From IMG/VR virus record IMGVR_UViG_3300028833_000002: 31,197 bases of DNA; one strand, given 5' to 3'. Positions 27,881 to 31,197 of this stretch are shown here, in pieces. The notes under the pieces were generated by a model that saw only the letters and a program-made list of their open reading frames with translations, did not search any database and was not told where the DNA came from. Source of the DNA: a virus (lineage: Duplodnaviria > Heunggongvirae > Uroviricota > Caudoviricetes). Numbering within the stretch: the first letter of the stretch is position 1; each line of letters begins with the position of its first letter. The position numbers were made by a program, and so were the translations under genes.

Positions 27881-28613
27881 TCAAATAAAAGTGGTAAAGG
27901 AACAGGCTTATGGCGGCTATCCTTCATGGTTCTCTAATATCTGTCAAGTCAGACCTATTACCATGGGCGAATTTTTAAGAATGGGTTCAACAACCTATTA
28001 CACACGTTTAGGTTTACTACTCCTTACAACTCCAGAGATTGAAAATATCATCACTGAAAAAGGCCTTAATCCTGAAGATTATGGTGACCTTCGCCCACTA
28101 ACATATTTGCTTAGAAATGCCGAGGCTAGTGATTCGTTTTTGTTAGAACTAGAATCGGCTTTTTCTACCTTTATAGACGAGGAGATATTATTACTCCCAA
28201 AATTAAACGCTGTTCTTGTCGGCTCACCGGAAGATAAGCGACTTATTACTAATGATAATTTTGAAGACTTTCAAACAATTTTGCGACTTTAGAACAGGAA
28301 AGATGTTCCGGAGCCGCCGCCAGAAAACGAATCTGCAATAGCCAAAAAGATGCGTCTGGCAAGAGAAAAGCGCGAAGCAGTAAAGCGCAAATAGCAGTAG
28401 CAAAACGGCGAGGAACAGAGTCTTGAAGATTTACTGGAGATTGCCGAGGTTTTCGGAATTGATTATTAGAATAAATCCCTCTATTGTTTCTATGGTTTAC
28501 TTTCAAGATACCAGCGAAAAGAAAAATGGGATTAGGACTTACATTCGCTATGGGCGGGTGGAGACCCTAAGAACATAAAGCCCGAATATTGGGGCTTATC
28601 TAAAAAAGATTAA
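27864..28613 (+). CDS. Hypothetical virion-module protein, 249 aa (5 in-frame TAG)
   Basis: GAGG SD and TTG start; contains a TAG-CAG-TAG-CAA run; ends at TAA just before the next SD. Confidence 0.7.
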
Positions 28614-28632
28614 CTAAGGAGGTTGAAGTTAA

Positions 28633-31197
28633 ATGGCAGATAATCTTTATGAAAAATTTGGTTCTCGTGAAATCGTTGACCTTATGCTCGAAAGAATCGA
28701 CACAGTAAAGGAAACATACGAATCACGCAGAAATTTTTCAGCATCTTCTATTCTTAAAGGCGCTCTTACAAGAACAATGGTTTACCCACTTGATGAAACT
28801 GGCGCCGGCGCAGAAGAAGGTTTTGAAGCTTATGTATTTAAGAACGCAGATATTCTTACTCATTTTAACTATGATTGCGACGATATAATCGGAGTTAACG
28901 GTATATCAACAGTTACTGATGAAAACCTTACACTCGCAGGAACATACTCAATCGGTGATGAAATTGCTAGTGCTAGTGAAGACTTCACAACAATTTCTAC
29001 ATACCTTAAAACAGGCACACCGGCTAAGATTTTCGGTGCTGACGATGTAACATCTGAATCACTCATTAATGCTGAATCAGGTGCAGCAGTTGAGGCTTCT
29101 GCTCTTTTTGATGCTGGATACGAAGCTGATGACATCACAATTTCAAAGATTAAGCTCACAGGTGAAATAACAGAAGGTGGCGAAACTACACAGGTCTTCA
29201 CAGTTACTTTCACATCTAATCTTATCTCAACAGAGGAAGCTTCACAGGGAGCATATAACATTAACCCTGACTCTTCATCACACTATGTAATGGATGATGA
29301 TAAGACACCGGGCACACATGAATTCTCATATGCTGAACAGGTATGTATGTTATTTGCTAAGAATCAGAACCTTATCACAAAGTCAGGCGCGCGTTATAGA
29401 TTCGCAAATCCTGATACAATGTTCACTGGCATCGAATTCAACGATAACTTTGCCGCTGCTCCTGGTAGCGAAACAAAGATTGTAGTTGTTGGTGTTATTG
29501 GTTCTGTTTCAGAAGGCCTTTACAACATCGTAGAAGTAAATAAAGCAATCAATCAGCTTACAGAATCATATTCTGCTAAGGCTTATGATATTACTTATAG
29601 CGACTACGCAGAACTTCTTGTTGAAAATGAAATGGGATTCTATGTTCCACAGCAGCTCGGTAGTGCTTACAACAAGAAAACTGGCGCAATCACATTATTC
29701 GACCAGAATAACACATATTACGACTTCGCTTCAGCTCGTAAGGGCGTTGATACAGGTATCTACAATGCAGTAAATACTTGGGGCGATGATACACACTACT
29801 CAATCAATGACGCTATTGATGCTCTTAAGCAGAAGGCTAAGACACTTGATGCCGCTGAAGGTTCAAGCGAAACTGGTTTCACAAGAGTATTTGGTGGCTA
29901 CAAGGTAACAGGTAAGGAAACAGTTGCTTCACCAATCATTGACGATATTGCCGCACAGAACAAGTACAACAGCTACACAATCAATGGTGTTGCAGTTACA
30001 GATATTGTTACTGGTAATGCACTTTCTTCACTTTACAACCTTGAAAGCGTGCTTAATGCACTTGCAACAGCTGACACAGACGGACAGGTTGGACAGATTA
30101 GAATCCTTTCTTCTGCAGCAAAGCAGTCAAATAGAGCAATCTATGTTGACCCATCAAGCGGTGCTCTTTCAAATAGCGCACACATTTACTTACTTACAAA
30201 CGTAAATGCTAAGAGCCTTGTAACAGACAACAATGGTATCTTCGAATTCTTCGATAAGGCTGGCAACAAGCTCTTCTATCAGGACAAGGTATTCGCTGGC
30301 ACTTGCAACCTTGCACTTATTACAATCGGTTCTTACGGACTTGTATTTGTAGTTAATAAGTACGGCACAAAGGCAATTAACAAGATTGCTTGGATGATTA
30401 ACGAAAATGGTTACGCTACTGATGCTCACCTCGTAAGAGTTGTTAAGAATGGTCTTATTCACACAGTAGATTGTAACGAATTCGGTACATCATTTGATGC
30501 TACTTGCACAGTTGCTGCTATTAAGACAAGAAAGATTACAAAGAACGTTACTAAGTACACTCCAGTTCTTTACCTTGATACATTAAAGGTTACTAACCTT
30601 AACCAGACAGCTCAGAAGTCACAGGCTGAAGGTGGCCGCGGAAACGGTAAACTTATCACTTGGGACTACGGTAAGGAAATCACACTTCACTTTGAAGATG
30701 CTCTCTTTACACCGGCTTCAATGGCTGCTCTTTGGGCAGGCGGAAATAGCCCAGCAGAAGCTGTTCAGGACACAGACGTTGTAAACAGATACAACAAGTA
30801 CACAGCAAAGAGAAACTTCATTGTACCGGCTGGTAACAGTGAGGGTATCCCATCTGAAGGCGAAGTAACAGCTCAGGCTGTATACATCGACCCAGAAACA
30901 CTTCAGCCATATCAGGATGGTACTCCAATTGCTAAGGGTGAAGTTTACATCAAGTTCACACGTTCAGTTGGCTACAACGGCAACGCAATTGCTAAGGAAA
31001 TCATTGTTTCTGCTGAATCATTCCCAGGCACATACCGTGTAGTTGGTGAAACGGTTGTAAGAAACAAGAAGACAGGTAAAGACGAAAGCTTCCAGATTAT
31101 CATTGCAGAAGCTAAGATGACAAGCGAAAACACAGCAATCGAACTTTCTGCTGATGGTGACCCAGTAGTATTCAGCTTTGACATGGACGTTCAGAGA
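28633..31197 (+). CDS. Major tail (tube)-like protein with a large internal insertion; partial (>855 aa, runs off the window), no TAG seen
   Basis: AGGAGG SD. N-terminal KFGSREIVD. From 30562, PVLYLDTLK...GGRGNGKLITWDYGKEITLHFEDAL. Absent from the ORF track, consistent with no in-frame stop. Confidence 0.65.
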   Translation, partial: MADNLYEKFGSREIVDLMLERIDTVKETYESRRNFSASSILKGALTRTMVYPLDETGAGAEEGFEAYVFKNADILTHFNYDCDDIIGVNGISTVTDENLTLAGTYSIGDEIASASEDFTTISTYLKTGTPAKIFGADDVTSESLINAESGAAVEASALFDAGYEADDITISKIKLTGEITEGGETTQVFTVTFTSNLISTEEASQGAYNINPDSSSHYVMDDDKTPGTHEFSYAEQVCMLFAKNQNLITKSGARYRFANPDTMFTGIEFNDNFAAAPGSETKIVVVGVIGSVSEGLYNIVEVNKAINQLTESYSAKAYDITYSDYAELLVENEMGFYVPQQLGSAYNKKTGAITLFDQNNTYYDFASARKGVDTGIYNAVNTWGDDTHYSINDAIDALKQKAKTLDAAEGSSETGFTRVFGGYKVTGKETVASPIIDDIAAQNKYNSYTINGVAVTDIVTGNALSSLYNLESVLNALATADTDGQVGQIRILSSAAKQSNRAIYVDPSSGALSNSAHIYLLTNVNAKSLVTDNNGIFEFFDKAGNKLFYQDKVFAGTCNLALITIGSYGLVFVVNKYGTKAINKIAWMINENGYATDAHLVRVVKNGLIHTVDCNEFGTSFDATCTVAAIKTRKITKNVTKYTPVLYLDTLKVTNLNQTAQKSQAEGGRGNGKLITWDYGKEITLHFEDALFTPASMAALWAGGNSPAEAVQDTDVVNRYNKYTAKRNFIVPAGNSEGIPSEGEVTAQAVYIDPETLQPYQDGTPIAKGEVYIKFTRSVGYNGNAIAKEIIVSAESFPGTYRVVGETVVRNKKTGKDESFQIIIAEAKMTSENTAIELSADGDPVVFSFDMDVQR

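Noticed and set aside
15900-28613. Structural genes as pseudogenes of a decayed prophage
   Set aside because: Every interruption is TAG, with no frameshifts or TAA/TGA breaks apart from the intron, and catalytic motifs are intact. Recoding explains this better.
22455-30462. Antisense and off-frame ORFs in the scaffold, capsid and tail genes (22564, 24984, 28869, 29294-30205, 30190)
   Set aside because: They are shadows of strongly biased coding sequence in the main frame.

Overview
Segment of a large AT-rich tailed-phage genome, most likely infecting a Firmicutes host (inferred from consensus sigma-A promoters and strong Shine-Dalgarno sites). It has two very different halves. LEFT (1-15.5 kb): about 21 self-contained expression units, mostly on the minus strand, each with a TTGACA-N17-TATAAT promoter, a leader, 1-2 small orphan genes and a terminator. 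Every unit is separated from the next by a same-orientation imperfect palindrome, GGAAAA(A/T)C-GCCCGGGC-AAATTTCC, embedded in ~10-bp-phased TGG(A/T)A/T(A/T)CCA boxes, giving a gene-cassette-like array. The first seven units share a covarying pseudoknot-like 5' leader. Several 3' UTRs carry anti-SD or anti-leader sequence. Two restriction-endonuclease-like paralogues converge on a promoter-led, non-coding repeat block at 13.6-14.2 kb. RIGHT (15.9-31.2 kb): a plus-strand virion morphogenesis operon (putative TerS, TerL split by a group I intron, portal, protease-scaffold fusion, major capsid, neck proteins, very long tail tube-like protein). TAG is read as sense, almost certainly Gln (code 15); I count 38 in-frame TAGs, all in ten genes (mostly putative low-copy packaging and neck genes) and none in the capsid, scaffold or tail tube genes. 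No recombinase, tRNA or CRISPR array is visible in the window. Product calls rest on motif recognition and gene order, not database searches.
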